A stretch of DNA of 64,000 bases from the NCBI GenBank assembly GCA_038153405.1, contig JAYOYH010000010.1, positions 31,520 to 95,519 of the forward strand, read 5' to 3'. Source of the stretch: Gemmatimonadota bacterium (GTDB taxonomy: Bacteria; Latescibacterota; UBA2968; UBA8231). This document shows positions 17,841-27,927 of the stretch, in pieces (the stretch's first letter is position 1; the number at the start of each line of letters is the position of its first letter). Both the position numbers and the translations under genes were made by a program. The notes beneath the pieces are model-generated. The model was not told the origin of the DNA. It saw only the letters and a program-made list of their open reading frames with translations, and did not search any database.

Positions 17841-19688
17841 TTAGGACCGATACGCCTCTTCGATTAGCGCGCCATAGCGCTCGACGATGGCCTTGGGAAC
17901 GACCTTCTTGAGACCGCGCGTCAGGGTGCCATCCTCTTCGCTGAGCGGGTTGGGCAAGAGCGCGATGCGCTGCGGCCGCTCGTGGCCGGGCAGGCCGGCG
18001 GCACGCGCTTCACCAAGCAGCTGTGCGCGCACCAATTCGGCTATCTGTGGATGGACGCGCAGGGCGTCCTCGCCGATGCCCTGTAGCTCATCGGGTGCGT
18101 GTTTTTGCGCCTCTTCGACGTCGACTACGACCAGCGGCAGAGGAAAGTCGCGCTGCTGGTCGCCGCAGATCAAAACGTGCTCGACCAACGGCGCGCGCGC
18201 AAAGATGCGCTCCAGCAGTTCCGGGTTGACAAACTCGCCATTGCGCAGCTTGAACTGGCGACCGACCCGACCGCGAAACGTCAGAAAGCCCTCCTCGTCC
18301 ATACTGAACAAGTCGCCGGTGCGATACCAAATCTGTCCTTCGTGCTCGACGAGAGCCCGCTGCGTCTGCTCCGGATCGTCCAAATAGCCGCGCATGACGT
18401 TGGCCCCGCTGGCCCACAGTTCGCCCACGCGTCCCCCGCCGGGCCGATAGATGCCCTCACCCTCGGGATCCCCGTAGCCTATTTCACCGCCCTGATCATC
18501 GACGATACGCACCTTGATCAGCGGCCGTCCCACGGTGCCGACCTTGCGTCCGCCCAAATGGTTTGCGGCAATCAGCGGCGCGCACTCCGTAGCGCCGTAG
18601 CCCTCGAACGTAGTGATGTCCAAGACTTGGTGAAAAAAGTCCAGCGCCTCTGGATCGGCCTTGGCTGAGCCCACGATAAGCACTTCCAGATTAGCGCCCA
18701 CGCGCGTGGCAAACTGCTGGCGAATCTTATCGATCACCTTGGCGCCGACCAGTGCAAAAAACAAGCGATCGACCGCCGTTGCCTCGCCCCTGCTCAATCG
18801 CTGTTTGGCCGTTACGGCGCGTTTGATAAGAGCCCCTTTCACCCCACCGGCCTGAATCTCTTTGCGCACATTGCCGTAGACCTTGTCGAGAATCAGCGGC
18901 ACCGTGAGAAAGCCGTGCGGTTCCGAAAGGCGGATATCGCTCAGCACGCGATCGGGCGAACGCGCCATGTCCAGCACCCAGCCCTTAGCAAGCGGGTAGT
19001 ATATGTTCAGGATGCCCATCGAGTGGTAGTCCGGCGCGGACTTGAAAAAGCGAAAGTCCTCGCGCAGGCTAATCACATCCCACGCTTCCTCTACATTGGC
19101 GACGATATTGGCATGAGTCTGTATAACGCCCTTGGGCATGCCGGAAGAACCCGATGTATAGAGCACCTTGCTCTCGTCATCGGCACTTATTTCCACGTCG
19201 GGTAAATCGCCCTCCGCGCCGACCAATTGCTGCCAGGCAGCGGCCGCTTCTCCCTCGCCGTCTACCAGCACCAACTGGGGCGGGGCGGGCATATCCTGCA
19301 AGACGTTTCCCAGCGCCTCGGCTCCCTTGCGATCGACCACCAGCAGCGCCATGCCCGAGTGGCGGATGTTGTAAGCGAGGATTTCTGGCGACGACTTCAG
19401 GCAAAGCGGCACGCTACTCAGCCCTAACCGATCGCAGGCCAGAAATACCAGCAGCGGTTCAAAGCCGCCGTCGGTGAGAATGCCGATGCGCTGTCCTTTG
19501 ACCATCCCGCGACCGGCCAATCCAGCGGCCAGTCGGTCGCGCTGCGATTTTAGCTCTGCATAGGTCATGGGCTGGTACTGTGCATCCCTGCTGCCGGGAG
19601 GCAGCACGCGCACGGCCACTCGTTCAGCACATTCGGTAAAACTCCGCTCCAATAATTCCGCAAGTGTTCGCACGTTGGTAGGCTCCAT
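17841..19688 (-). CDS. Long-chain-fatty-acid--CoA ligase (AMP-binding family)
   Basis: YTSGSSGMPKGV, EGYGATE, YRTGD, FKLRNGEFVNPE, EEDGTLT. Confidence 0.88.
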   Translation of the reverse strand: MEPTNVRTLAELLERSFTECAERVAVRVLPPGSRDAQYQPMTYAELKSQRDRLAAGLAGRGMVKGQRIGILTDGGFEPLLVFLACDRLGLSSVPLCLKSSPEILAYNIRHSGMALLVVDRKGAEALGNVLQDMPAPPQLVLVDGEGEAAAAWQQLVGAEGDLPDVEISADDESKVLYTSGSSGMPKGVIQTHANIVANVEEAWDVISLREDFRFFKSAPDYHSMGILNIYYPLAKGWVLDMARSPDRVLSDIRLSEPHGFLTVPLILDKVYGNVRKEIQAGGVKGALIKRAVTAKQRLSRGEATAVDRLFFALVGAKVIDKIRQQFATRVGANLEVLIVGSAKADPEALDFFHQVLDITTFEGYGATECAPLIAANHLGGRKVGTVGRPLIKVRIVDDQGGEIGYGDPEGEGIYRPGGGRVGELWASGANVMRGYLDDPEQTQRALVEHEGQIWYRTGDLFSMDEEGFLTFRGRVGRQFKLRNGEFVNPELLERIFARAPLVEHVLICGDQQRDFPLPLVVVDVEEAQKHAPDELQGIGEDALRVHPQIAELVRAQLLGEARAAGLPGHERPQRIALLPNPLSEEDGTLTRGLKKVVPKAIVERYGALIEEAYRS

Positions 19689-19880
19689 GTTGCCACAGTT
19701 GGGATCGAGACCTCGTTCTTCAGCCTATTACATAAGAAAAAACGCGGTAAAATCAACCGTTTTATTGCCGATGCCTCGCCGCACCTCAGGGGGTATCGGC
19801 AAGCCATTTTACCACCGGGGTACTAGTTCATATATTGGTAGAGGAACAGGGCACCATAGGTCCATTTTTGAGCACCCAAT

Positions 19881-22832
19881 ATGAGCGGCGAAAAATTCGA
19901 CAAAAAACGTGCGGAAGCGGAGGTCTCCAATGGGGAAAGCCTTCTGGAAGGCCTAGAGTCGCTCTTGGCCGAAGAAGGGCTCAGCCTCGAAGGCGAGATC
20001 GATGAAGAAGAACTCGACCTTCTACTTGAAGGGGATGGCGATCTCGGCGAGGAAATTAAAGGGGAACCCGCACCCCGCAACCGCAGCCGCAGCGCCCAGC
20101 GCTCAAAGGGAACCGAACGGCGCAGCCGCGACCGCGCCGACTTTCACAACCTCGATACCCAGATGCAGGTTGCCCCCCTCGGCGTCATCGTATCGCAAGA
20201 TCAGCTAACCGCAACGCTGTCGCACATTACAGAAGACCACGACTACGAAACTGTGATTGAGCTCATTCGCAGTCGCGGCATATCGCATGGCATCGACTAC
20301 GTCGCTATCCGCTCGGCGATCAATAGCGCCCGGCGCGGCATATCCTGCCGCGAACTAGTCATCGCACGCGGTCACCCGCCGCAACGCATTAAAGAAGCAT
20401 CGACAGTCTATCGCCTACCCGTCGAAGTCATGCAGAAGAAAAAACCTTCGGACAAGATGACGGACTTCGAGCTGTTAAAGCACATCCTCGAGGGCCGGCA
20501 TATAGAGGCGATTCGATCGTATCGCGGCGTGGTCAGACCCGTCATACCCGGCGATGTCATCACCGAAATTATTCCGGCTGAGATAGAACCCGGCGTGACG
20601 GTCTTTGGCACGCCGTTCGACTTGGAACAAGACGATGAAGTCTACCTGCAGATTGGCGACAATACCGACTTGTCGGAAGACGGCCTAAGCTGTGTAGCCT
20701 CCATATATGGGTATGCCGGAATACTGGATGGCGTCCCGACGGTCCTCCCTCCGATTTGGATTAGCCCGGACCGCATGGATGCCTACTTCGTCTTTATTGC
20801 GCCGGCCGAGGGCTACGCCCAACCCGCGCCTTCGATAGAGGACTTGAACTACCTGCTGGAGATGATGTGGATCAGCAATGGTATTATGGAAAAGCAGGTT
20901 CTCCTCATCCAACAGCGCCTCGAACGCGCCCATCCCCTACCCTCTCTGCTGCCCATTGCCCAAGGCCATCACGAAGTGCCCGGCGACAATGCGCAAATAC
21001 ACTATACCTTCGACCCCTATTCCATCCTGTCGTGGAACCAAATTGAGGCAGTGCAGTCCATGCAGTCGCCCGAGGAAATATGCGAAGCGCTCGATGCTAT
21101 TTACTCCGATCCAGCCGCTCCGACATTCACCGCTATGGGCACGGGACACACGCTCATCGAAAAGACGCCGGCCACTGTAGGCGTCACCGGCGTCGACATA
21201 CAGGGCGAAGAAGTCGTTCCCAAACCGGGCGATGACCTGCAGATCGAATTTGGCAGCTTTCTTTACCTAGACAAAAACGGGCTGCGCTGTCGCGCAGAGG
21301 TCTTTGGCTACGTGTGTCTACAGTGGGACATTCAAGTCCGTCTGCTGCCGCCGCTATGGATTACGCCCGATAAGACGCGCGCCTACTTTCTCAACCTGCC
21401 CCAGGGATCGTCGCCGCGCTATCCCCAGCTAAACGAGATAGAGGCCCTGTTCCAGCAGTACGACATCACCTATGGCTTCGATCCAGAGCGCTGGCTGAGC
21501 GCTCTCGGGCAGCTGAAAAAAGGAGAGCAGAACGACTACCTCATCCTAATTGCGGAAGGCGAGCCGGCGCAGACCGGCCGCGACGCCTATTTCGAGTGGA
21601 ACGTCGACGTGCTCGAAGAGAAGAAAATCGGCAAGGTGCTCGAAGATGGCTCGATCGACTTCCGCGAGCGCGATCTGATTACGCTAGTACAGGAAAACGA
21701 TCTATTGGGGCGACTAATCCCTCCCCTACCCGGCACGGAGGGCAAAGATATATTCGGCAACCCGCTAAGCCCACCACCGCACGTCAACATCGAGGTGGTC
21801 ATCGACTCGCACGTCTACGCCAAACCAGAGCAAGACGGCGTTATTGGCTTCTTTGCCAGTAAAGACGGCGGGATCTCGGTCCTATCTAAAGACAAAGAGG
21901 CAAACGGACGGCGTTCGCGCCGAATTGATATCAGTATCAACTCGATCTCGAGCATTGACGGCGACGTCGACTACACGACCGGCAATATCGATTTTAACGG
22001 AGACGTCGTCATCGACGGCTCGGTGCAACAGCAGTTTTCGGTGCGCGCAACGGGCAGCGTCACCATCGGCGGCTACGTCGAGTCTGGGGCGTATATCACC
22101 GCCGGCAAAAACATCGTGGTCAAACGCGGCGTCATCGGCGATACGACGGAGCTAATCGCAGGCGCGAGCATCATCACCAAGTACGTCCAGGAGTCTACTG
22201 TGCGGGCGGGCGGCGACATCCGCGTGGGCTCGTATATATTCAATGCCTCCGTGCGTGCCGGGGGACAGGTCGTCGTTTCCGGCAAAGGCGAAGGCAAGTC
22301 ACGCGCCCTAGTCGGTGGCTTAGTATGGGGCGGGCGCGGCATCCTCGCCAAGTCCATCGGCTCGCCCTATAACACCAATACTAAGCTAGTAGCTGGGATC
22401 AATCCGGATTCGGTCGAGCGCATCGATAAAATTCGAGCCAACCTTATCACCTGCGGAGAAAAACAGGAAGCGCTGCTGGCGCACATTGGCCTTTCCAGCA
22501 TGGATATCGCCCAGGTCAAGAAAAAGCTGTCCTTTTGCCGCACGGACAAGGATAAGCAGAAGATCTTGCAAGTCGTCAAGCGCATCGCCCACGTTGCCGA
22601 GCTGGAAGACAGCCTGCAGCAGGAGTTGGAAGATATCGCAGATAGACAGCGCAAAACATCGCTGCGCACCGTTATCAGCATCCATGGGAAACTCTTTGCC
22701 GGCGTAGAATTGCGCATTGGCGAACTGACCCATTTGATTAACGAAGATCTGCAAAATATCAGCTTTGGCATTGTGCAAAGCGACGACGAACAAACCATAC
22801 AGGTGGGGCCATTCAGAGGCTCGTCGCGCTAG
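19881..22832 (+). CDS. FapA (DUF342) family protein with three N-terminal FapA_N-like units
   Basis: GSIDFRER, DGDVDYTTGNIDFNGDVVIDGSV beta-helix, C-terminal coiled coil and FAGVELRIG; acidic N-terminal extension. Confidence 0.85.
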   Translation: MSGEKFDKKRAEAEVSNGESLLEGLESLLAEEGLSLEGEIDEEELDLLLEGDGDLGEEIKGEPAPRNRSRSAQRSKGTERRSRDRADFHNLDTQMQVAPLGVIVSQDQLTATLSHITEDHDYETVIELIRSRGISHGIDYVAIRSAINSARRGISCRELVIARGHPPQRIKEASTVYRLPVEVMQKKKPSDKMTDFELLKHILEGRHIEAIRSYRGVVRPVIPGDVITEIIPAEIEPGVTVFGTPFDLEQDDEVYLQIGDNTDLSEDGLSCVASIYGYAGILDGVPTVLPPIWISPDRMDAYFVFIAPAEGYAQPAPSIEDLNYLLEMMWISNGIMEKQVLLIQQRLERAHPLPSLLPIAQGHHEVPGDNAQIHYTFDPYSILSWNQIEAVQSMQSPEEICEALDAIYSDPAAPTFTAMGTGHTLIEKTPATVGVTGVDIQGEEVVPKPGDDLQIEFGSFLYLDKNGLRCRAEVFGYVCLQWDIQVRLLPPLWITPDKTRAYFLNLPQGSSPRYPQLNEIEALFQQYDITYGFDPERWLSALGQLKKGEQNDYLILIAEGEPAQTGRDAYFEWNVDVLEEKKIGKVLEDGSIDFRERDLITLVQENDLLGRLIPPLPGTEGKDIFGNPLSPPPHVNIEVVIDSHVYAKPEQDGVIGFFASKDGGISVLSKDKEANGRRSRRIDISINSISSIDGDVDYTTGNIDFNGDVVIDGSVQQQFSVRATGSVTIGGYVESGAYITAGKNIVVKRGVIGDTTELIAGASIITKYVQESTVRAGGDIRVGSYIFNASVRAGGQVVVSGKGEGKSRALVGGLVWGGRGILAKSIGSPYNTNTKLVAGINPDSVERIDKIRANLITCGEKQEALLAHIGLSSMDIAQVKKKLSFCRTDKDKQKILQVVKRIAHVAELEDSLQQELEDIADRQRKTSLRTVISIHGKLFAGVELRIGELTHLINEDLQNISFGIVQSDDEQTIQVGPFRGSSR

Positions 22833-22842
22833 GAGATCCTCC

Positions 22843-24483
22843 ATGAAACTCGGCATTGGGCTATTGATTTTCACATCGATCACCCTGAGTCTGGCCTCCC
22901 GTGTGTATGCACAGGATGAAGATGAAACGACGCGCCCCGCCTTGAGCGGCAGCATGGGCAGCGTCACCATTGGCCAAGAGCAGTTCTACCGACTCAGCAT
23001 GCGACCCGATATCCCCGTCGGCCGATGGGGTTTCGCTCTCGACATCGAGCTATTTATCGATTCGGAGGGGGATGTCAGCGCGCGCGGCTGGCGCTTTGGT
23101 TCGTCGACGGAGGCACTCGACTCCTTTCTGCGCAAGATTTACTACGTGCGCTACGGGCGTCCGAACGACCCGCTCTACTTCAAGATTGGCGCCTTGGACA
23201 GAGTCGGACTCGGCTATGGGCTCATCATGTCCGACTACAGAAATACCCTGCAGTATCCCGGCATAAAAAAGACGGGCATCCAATTCCGCTTTGAAGAAAT
23301 CGCTGGAAGCCCTCTCGGCATAGAGGGCGTAGTGAATAATATCCAGGACTTTCAAGAGGGAGGCGGCCTCATCGGCCTGCGCGCCTTTGCCCGCGCGATG
23401 GGCAAACTCGAACTGGGTGTGACCTACGTCGTCGACCTCGATCAGTACAGCGGGCTGCGCGACCGCGACGGCGATGGCTTTCCCGACGAGGTAGACGCCT
23501 TTCCATCAAATAGCCAGCTATCCCTAGACAACGACGGCGACGGCGTGCCCGACCAGATCGATAGCGACGACGACAACGACGGGGCCATCGACATCGACAG
23601 CGAAAGCGGCGTACCGCCCGCCGTGGCGGCGGCCCTAGAACAACTGAATGCCGACTATGGCGACGCCTTTGCCGTCGATACGGAGGTATCCCGCAGAAAG
23701 CCCTTTAACCGCGACCAGGTCGGACGCGATCGCTTTGCCATATTTGGTGTTGACGCGGGCTACCCGCTCAGCGAACGAGATGCACTGCAGCTCAAACTAT
23801 ACGGCCAATTTGCCCTGCTCGTAGACGACGAAGACGACATCAGCGCATTCGAGGCGAACGCTCAGGGCCTAGTGCCGGGCAATCGCCGCGCCGAGGGCTG
23901 GGGCCTTGCCGCCCCGGGCCTATGGCTCAAAGCCGGCCCCCTGGACGGCCAAATTGAGTTTCGCCATTTTCGCGACGACTTTGACGCGCGCTATTTCGAC
24001 GAACTCTACGAGCTCGACCGTGCGCGCATTGACGTGGCCTCGGGGCGCGCCCGCCCCAAAGACGCCCTGCTCGACCACAGCGATCCGCTATCCGGCGTAT
24101 TCGGTCGCCTTGGAGCGGATTTGGGGTCGTACCTCTACGCGTCGGCCGCCTACCAATACCTGTCTGGCAGCGACGATCCCAAGCAGCAGCTGTTGACTAA
24201 TGTGCGCCTGGCCCCCTCCCTGTTGAAGTCCATACCGCGCCTTACTCGCGCCCGCGCCTACTATCAAAAAAATAATATCGGCGCGCGACTCAACGAGGAG
24301 GGCACGGGGCCCGATGGCTTTTTCGAATCCACCGAGGATGCGTTCTACGGCTACGAACTGGGGCTGGCGATGAGCGGCGGCGTCGACGTGCTGTGGGATA
24401 CGCGCTTCGTATTTGAACGAGATGCCAATCGCCAGCTGCGGGCGCGCAAAATTATGACCATCGAAACGGTATTCACCTTCTAA
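22843..24483 (+). CDS. Probable outer-membrane beta-barrel-type protein with inserted thrombospondin type-3-like Ca-binding repeats
   Basis: ATG 22843 with SD AGGAG; signal peptide (VYA-Q); KIYYVRYG...LGYGLIM..Y.N; DRDGDGFPDEVDAFP...DNDGDGVPDQIDSDDDNDG; C-terminal ETVFTF. Confidence 0.7.
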   Translation: MKLGIGLLIFTSITLSLASRVYAQDEDETTRPALSGSMGSVTIGQEQFYRLSMRPDIPVGRWGFALDIELFIDSEGDVSARGWRFGSSTEALDSFLRKIYYVRYGRPNDPLYFKIGALDRVGLGYGLIMSDYRNTLQYPGIKKTGIQFRFEEIAGSPLGIEGVVNNIQDFQEGGGLIGLRAFARAMGKLELGVTYVVDLDQYSGLRDRDGDGFPDEVDAFPSNSQLSLDNDGDGVPDQIDSDDDNDGAIDIDSESGVPPAVAAALEQLNADYGDAFAVDTEVSRRKPFNRDQVGRDRFAIFGVDAGYPLSERDALQLKLYGQFALLVDDEDDISAFEANAQGLVPGNRRAEGWGLAAPGLWLKAGPLDGQIEFRHFRDDFDARYFDELYELDRARIDVASGRARPKDALLDHSDPLSGVFGRLGADLGSYLYASAAYQYLSGSDDPKQQLLTNVRLAPSLLKSIPRLTRARAYYQKNNIGARLNEEGTGPDGFFESTEDAFYGYELGLAMSGGVDVLWDTRFVFERDANRQLRARKIMTIETVFTF

Positions 24484-24499
24484 TGCGAGTGTTCTGTTC

Positions 24500-25612
24500 A
24501 TGAAAATAACCGCCGTCCGCGCCCACGTGTTGCGCCTGCCCGAAGTCAGTGCCATTTGCGAAGGCACGCAAGATACCTGCCTAATTCATATAGAAACCGA
24601 TGCGGGTATCAGCGGCTGGGGCGAAGTCGACTCCTGTCCGAGCGTAGTCAAGGCGGTGATCGAAGCCCCGCTGTCGCACCAGATCTGCAACGGCCTGGCC
24701 AACGCCTTGGTGGGCGCCGATCCGCTGGCTGTCGAGGCCTGCATGGCGCGCATGGATGCAGCAGCGAACTACTACGGGCGCGTCGGCGTGGGCGCCCCCC
24801 CCCAGGCCCGCATACACCACGCGCTGTGGGGTATAGCCGGCCAATCCCACGGGGCCCCCCGCCCCCACCGGCCTTGGGGGCCCCTTAATACGAAGTTTCG
24901 CGCCTACTGCTCCATTCTCTTCGGCGATACACCCAAAGCGACATACGAACTGGCGCGCCAACACGCCGATATGGGATTTACCGCCATCAAATTTGGCTGG
25001 GGGCCAATGGGGCAGAGCGAAGAGAGCGACATCGCTCTTGTGCGCGAAGCGCGGCGCGGCGCCGGAAACGACGTCGATGTGCTCGTTGACGCCGGTCAGG
25101 TTTGGGACTGGAAAACGGCCCTGCAGCGCGCCGAGGCCTTTGCCGAATACGGCATCTTCTGGCTGGAAGAGCCGCTGCACCCCCAAGACGTGGCCGGCTA
25201 TGCCCAGCTCTGTGGCTCCTCTCCGGTGCCCATTGCCACTGGAGAAGCCGAATCGAATCTGCAGGATTTCGAGCGCCTGCTCATCGAAGGCGAAATCGAC
25301 TGGGTGCAGCCCGATCCGGGCCGCTGTGGCATATCCACCATGGTCGAGGTGGGCCGTTTGGCACACAGACTGCACCGCAAGGTAGTCAACCACAGCTTTA
25401 AGAGCGGCATCACCATTGCCGCGTCACTGCACGGCTTAGCCGCCGTGCCCCATGGCGCACTCTTCGAGTATTGCATGGCCGATTCGCCGCTGCGTCACGA
25501 GCTAACGCGCGAGACGTTTGACGTGGTCGACGGCTACGTCCACGTGCCCCAAGCACCCGGATTGGGCGTGACGATCAACGAGGATACGCTGGCCAAATTC
25601 CTGGTGGCCTAG
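24500..25612 (+). CDS. Mandelate racemase/muconate lactonizing enzyme family protein (MR subgroup, probably an acid-sugar dehydratase)
   Basis: ETDAGISGWGE, VDAG, LEEP, GEAE, QPD, NHS, FEY, PGLGV; segment 24790-24890 looks corrupted. Confidence 0.85.
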   Translation: MKITAVRAHVLRLPEVSAICEGTQDTCLIHIETDAGISGWGEVDSCPSVVKAVIEAPLSHQICNGLANALVGADPLAVEACMARMDAAANYYGRVGVGAPPQARIHHALWGIAGQSHGAPRPHRPWGPLNTKFRAYCSILFGDTPKATYELARQHADMGFTAIKFGWGPMGQSEESDIALVREARRGAGNDVDVLVDAGQVWDWKTALQRAEAFAEYGIFWLEEPLHPQDVAGYAQLCGSSPVPIATGEAESNLQDFERLLIEGEIDWVQPDPGRCGISTMVEVGRLAHRLHRKVVNHSFKSGITIAASLHGLAAVPHGALFEYCMADSPLRHELTRETFDVVDGYVHVPQAPGLGVTINEDTLAKFLVA

Positions 25613-25704
25613 GGCACACCGGCTCCCACGCTTCACATCCGCAACACGCAACGGGCCCTGTAGCCCATTACGCGCTCGGCGCACATACCAACGGCGGGGC
25701 TCTT

Positions 25705-26838
25705 ATGTCGACACACCCGATGCTCATACTCGATGGTCACCTCGACCTGGCATACAACGCGCTCTTTCACCGGCGCGACCTGACCCAAGACGTCTATGCG
25801 CTGCGCGAGCGCGAAGATCCGCGCCCACCGGGACCGGCCCATCCAGACTCGCTGCGCGAGCGCAAGCGCCAGGAAAGCCCGGCCAAGGGCACGGCGACGG
25901 TTGCCCTGCCCGATATGCGCCGCGGCCGGATCGGCATCGCCCTTTCGACGATTATGACGCGCGTGCAAATGCCCACGCAAACCCTCGATGACGGAGCGCG
26001 CACGCAGCTGGCCGCCCATGCCCTCGGACAGGCGCATCTGCACTACTACAAAGCATTGGAGCGCGAGGGGCACCTGCGCTTTATCCACGGCATAGACGAT
26101 TTAGACGCCAGCATTCAGGCGTGGTCTGCCCCGGCACCCGACGCACCGATTGGCCTAATTTTATCGATGGAAAGTGCGGACTCCATTCTCGGACCCGACC
26201 AGGTTAGCTGGTGGTACGAACAAGGGCTGCGCTCGGTTGGCCTGACGCACTTTGGCGCCAATACCTGGGGACACGGCACCGGCACGCGCGGCGGCCTGTA
26301 CGCCTGTGCCTATCCCCTACTCGACGCGCTATCCGAAACCAATATCGCGCTCGATTTGACGCACGCTGCCGACCTAACCTTCTGGCAGTTGCTCGACTAC
26401 TGGCAAGGTGCCGTGCACGCCAGCCACTGTATGTGCCGCACGCTCGTGCCCGGCCAGCGCCACCTGAGTGACGATATGATCAAGGCCCTCATCGAACGCG
26501 GTGGCGTGATCGGCATAGTCTTCGCCGAGTACATGCTCAACCCGGAAATCGACTTCGACAACCCGGCGACCTACCCGCGCACGGCGCGGCGCAGCATGAG
26601 CGCCGCCATTGACCACGTCGACCACATTTGCCAACTGGCCGGCAACTGCCAGCACGTGGCCATCGGCTCCGATCTCGACGGCGGCTTTGGCCGCGAGCTC
26701 TCACCCACCGATCTCGACACCATTGCCGACCTGCAGCGCTTTCTCGACCAGCTAACGCGCAGGGGCTATAGCACGGCGGATATAGAGGCCATTGCCCACG
26801 GCAATTTGGTGCGCTTTTTTCGCCAGACCTGGAGTTAG
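25705..26838 (+). CDS. Membrane dipeptidase (peptidase M19, amidohydrolase superfamily)
   Basis: DGHLD, SMESAD, DLTH, ASH, RHLSD, IGSDLDGG. Confidence 0.88.
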   Translation: MSTHPMLILDGHLDLAYNALFHRRDLTQDVYALREREDPRPPGPAHPDSLRERKRQESPAKGTATVALPDMRRGRIGIALSTIMTRVQMPTQTLDDGARTQLAAHALGQAHLHYYKALEREGHLRFIHGIDDLDASIQAWSAPAPDAPIGLILSMESADSILGPDQVSWWYEQGLRSVGLTHFGANTWGHGTGTRGGLYACAYPLLDALSETNIALDLTHAADLTFWQLLDYWQGAVHASHCMCRTLVPGQRHLSDDMIKALIERGGVIGIVFAEYMLNPEIDFDNPATYPRTARRSMSAAIDHVDHICQLAGNCQHVAIGSDLDGGFGRELSPTDLDTIADLQRFLDQLTRRGYSTADIEAIAHGNLVRFFRQTWS

Positions 26839-26841
26839 ACC

Positions 26842-27927
26842 ATGAGCGACGAACGCCCTCTCATACTCGACAGTCACCTCGACCTCTCCTTTTCCGCCCT
26901 GCAAATCAACCGCGACCTGACCCAGCCGGCAGCGACGGTGCGCGCGCACGACTCGGTCGCAACCATGGAAGGCTTTGGCTCCTGCACCGTCACCCTACCC
27001 GAGTTGCGCAAGGGCAAGGTCGGCCTAGTGTGCGGCACGGTAATGTCGCGATTAGACCCCGACGACAAATGGACGCGCACCGGCATGTACACCCAAGCCC
27101 AATGCCACGGCGTTGGCCGGGGGCATCTGGCCTACTATCAAGCATTGGAACGAGCAGGGCATATCCGCTTTATCAAAACGACAGCCGAACTCGATGCAGC
27201 CGTTGCCGCCTGGCAAGACCCCCCTGCCGACGAGCCGATCGGCCTTATCCTCGCCATGGAAAGTGCAGACCCCATTCTCGGTCCCGACCAAGTGTCCGAA
27301 TGGTATGACCTAGGCCTGCGCATGGTGAGCATTTCGCACTATGGGACCAGCGCCTACTCGCACGGCACCGGCACCGAGGGCGGCCTGCTGCCCACGGCCA
27401 AACCGCTGCTCGATGCGCTGCGCGCAGCCGGCATCATCGTCGACGTCACCCACCTGACCGACCAGGCGCACTGGGAATTACTCGATGCGTACGACGGTCC
27501 CATTGCCGCATCGCACCACAATTGCCGCGCCCTGACACCCGGACAGCGCCAGCTAACCGATGAAATGATCCACTCCATAGCCGAGCGCAACGGCGTGATC
27601 GGCGCAGCGCTCGACGCCTGGATGCTCGATCCAACCTGGCAGCGCAAGGTGCCCGCTTTTGGCCAGCAAACCCAGGCGACCTTAGAGACCGTTGCCGACC
27701 ATATCGACTACATTTGCCAGCTGCTGGGAACGGCGCGCCACTGCGGCATCGGCACCGACTTAGACGGCGGCTTTGGCACCGAACAGGCCCCGCGCGACCT
27801 CAATACCATCGCCGACCTGCAGAAGTTGGTCGCCATCTTCGAAGGGCGCGGCTACGACCCAGCGACGATTGCCGGCATTTTTTCCGGCCACTGGATCGAC
27901 CTCTTTCGCCGCACCTGGTCGCGCTAA
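26842..27927 (+). CDS. Membrane dipeptidase (peptidase M19), tandem paralog
   Basis: DSHLD, AMESAD, DVTH, ASH, RQLTD, IGTDLDGG. Confidence 0.88.
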   Translation: MSDERPLILDSHLDLSFSALQINRDLTQPAATVRAHDSVATMEGFGSCTVTLPELRKGKVGLVCGTVMSRLDPDDKWTRTGMYTQAQCHGVGRGHLAYYQALERAGHIRFIKTTAELDAAVAAWQDPPADEPIGLILAMESADPILGPDQVSEWYDLGLRMVSISHYGTSAYSHGTGTEGGLLPTAKPLLDALRAAGIIVDVTHLTDQAHWELLDAYDGPIAASHHNCRALTPGQRQLTDEMIHSIAERNGVIGAALDAWMLDPTWQRKVPAFGQQTQATLETVADHIDYICQLLGTARHCGIGTDLDGGFGTEQAPRDLNTIADLQKLVAIFEGRGYDPATIAGIFSGHWIDLFRRTWSR

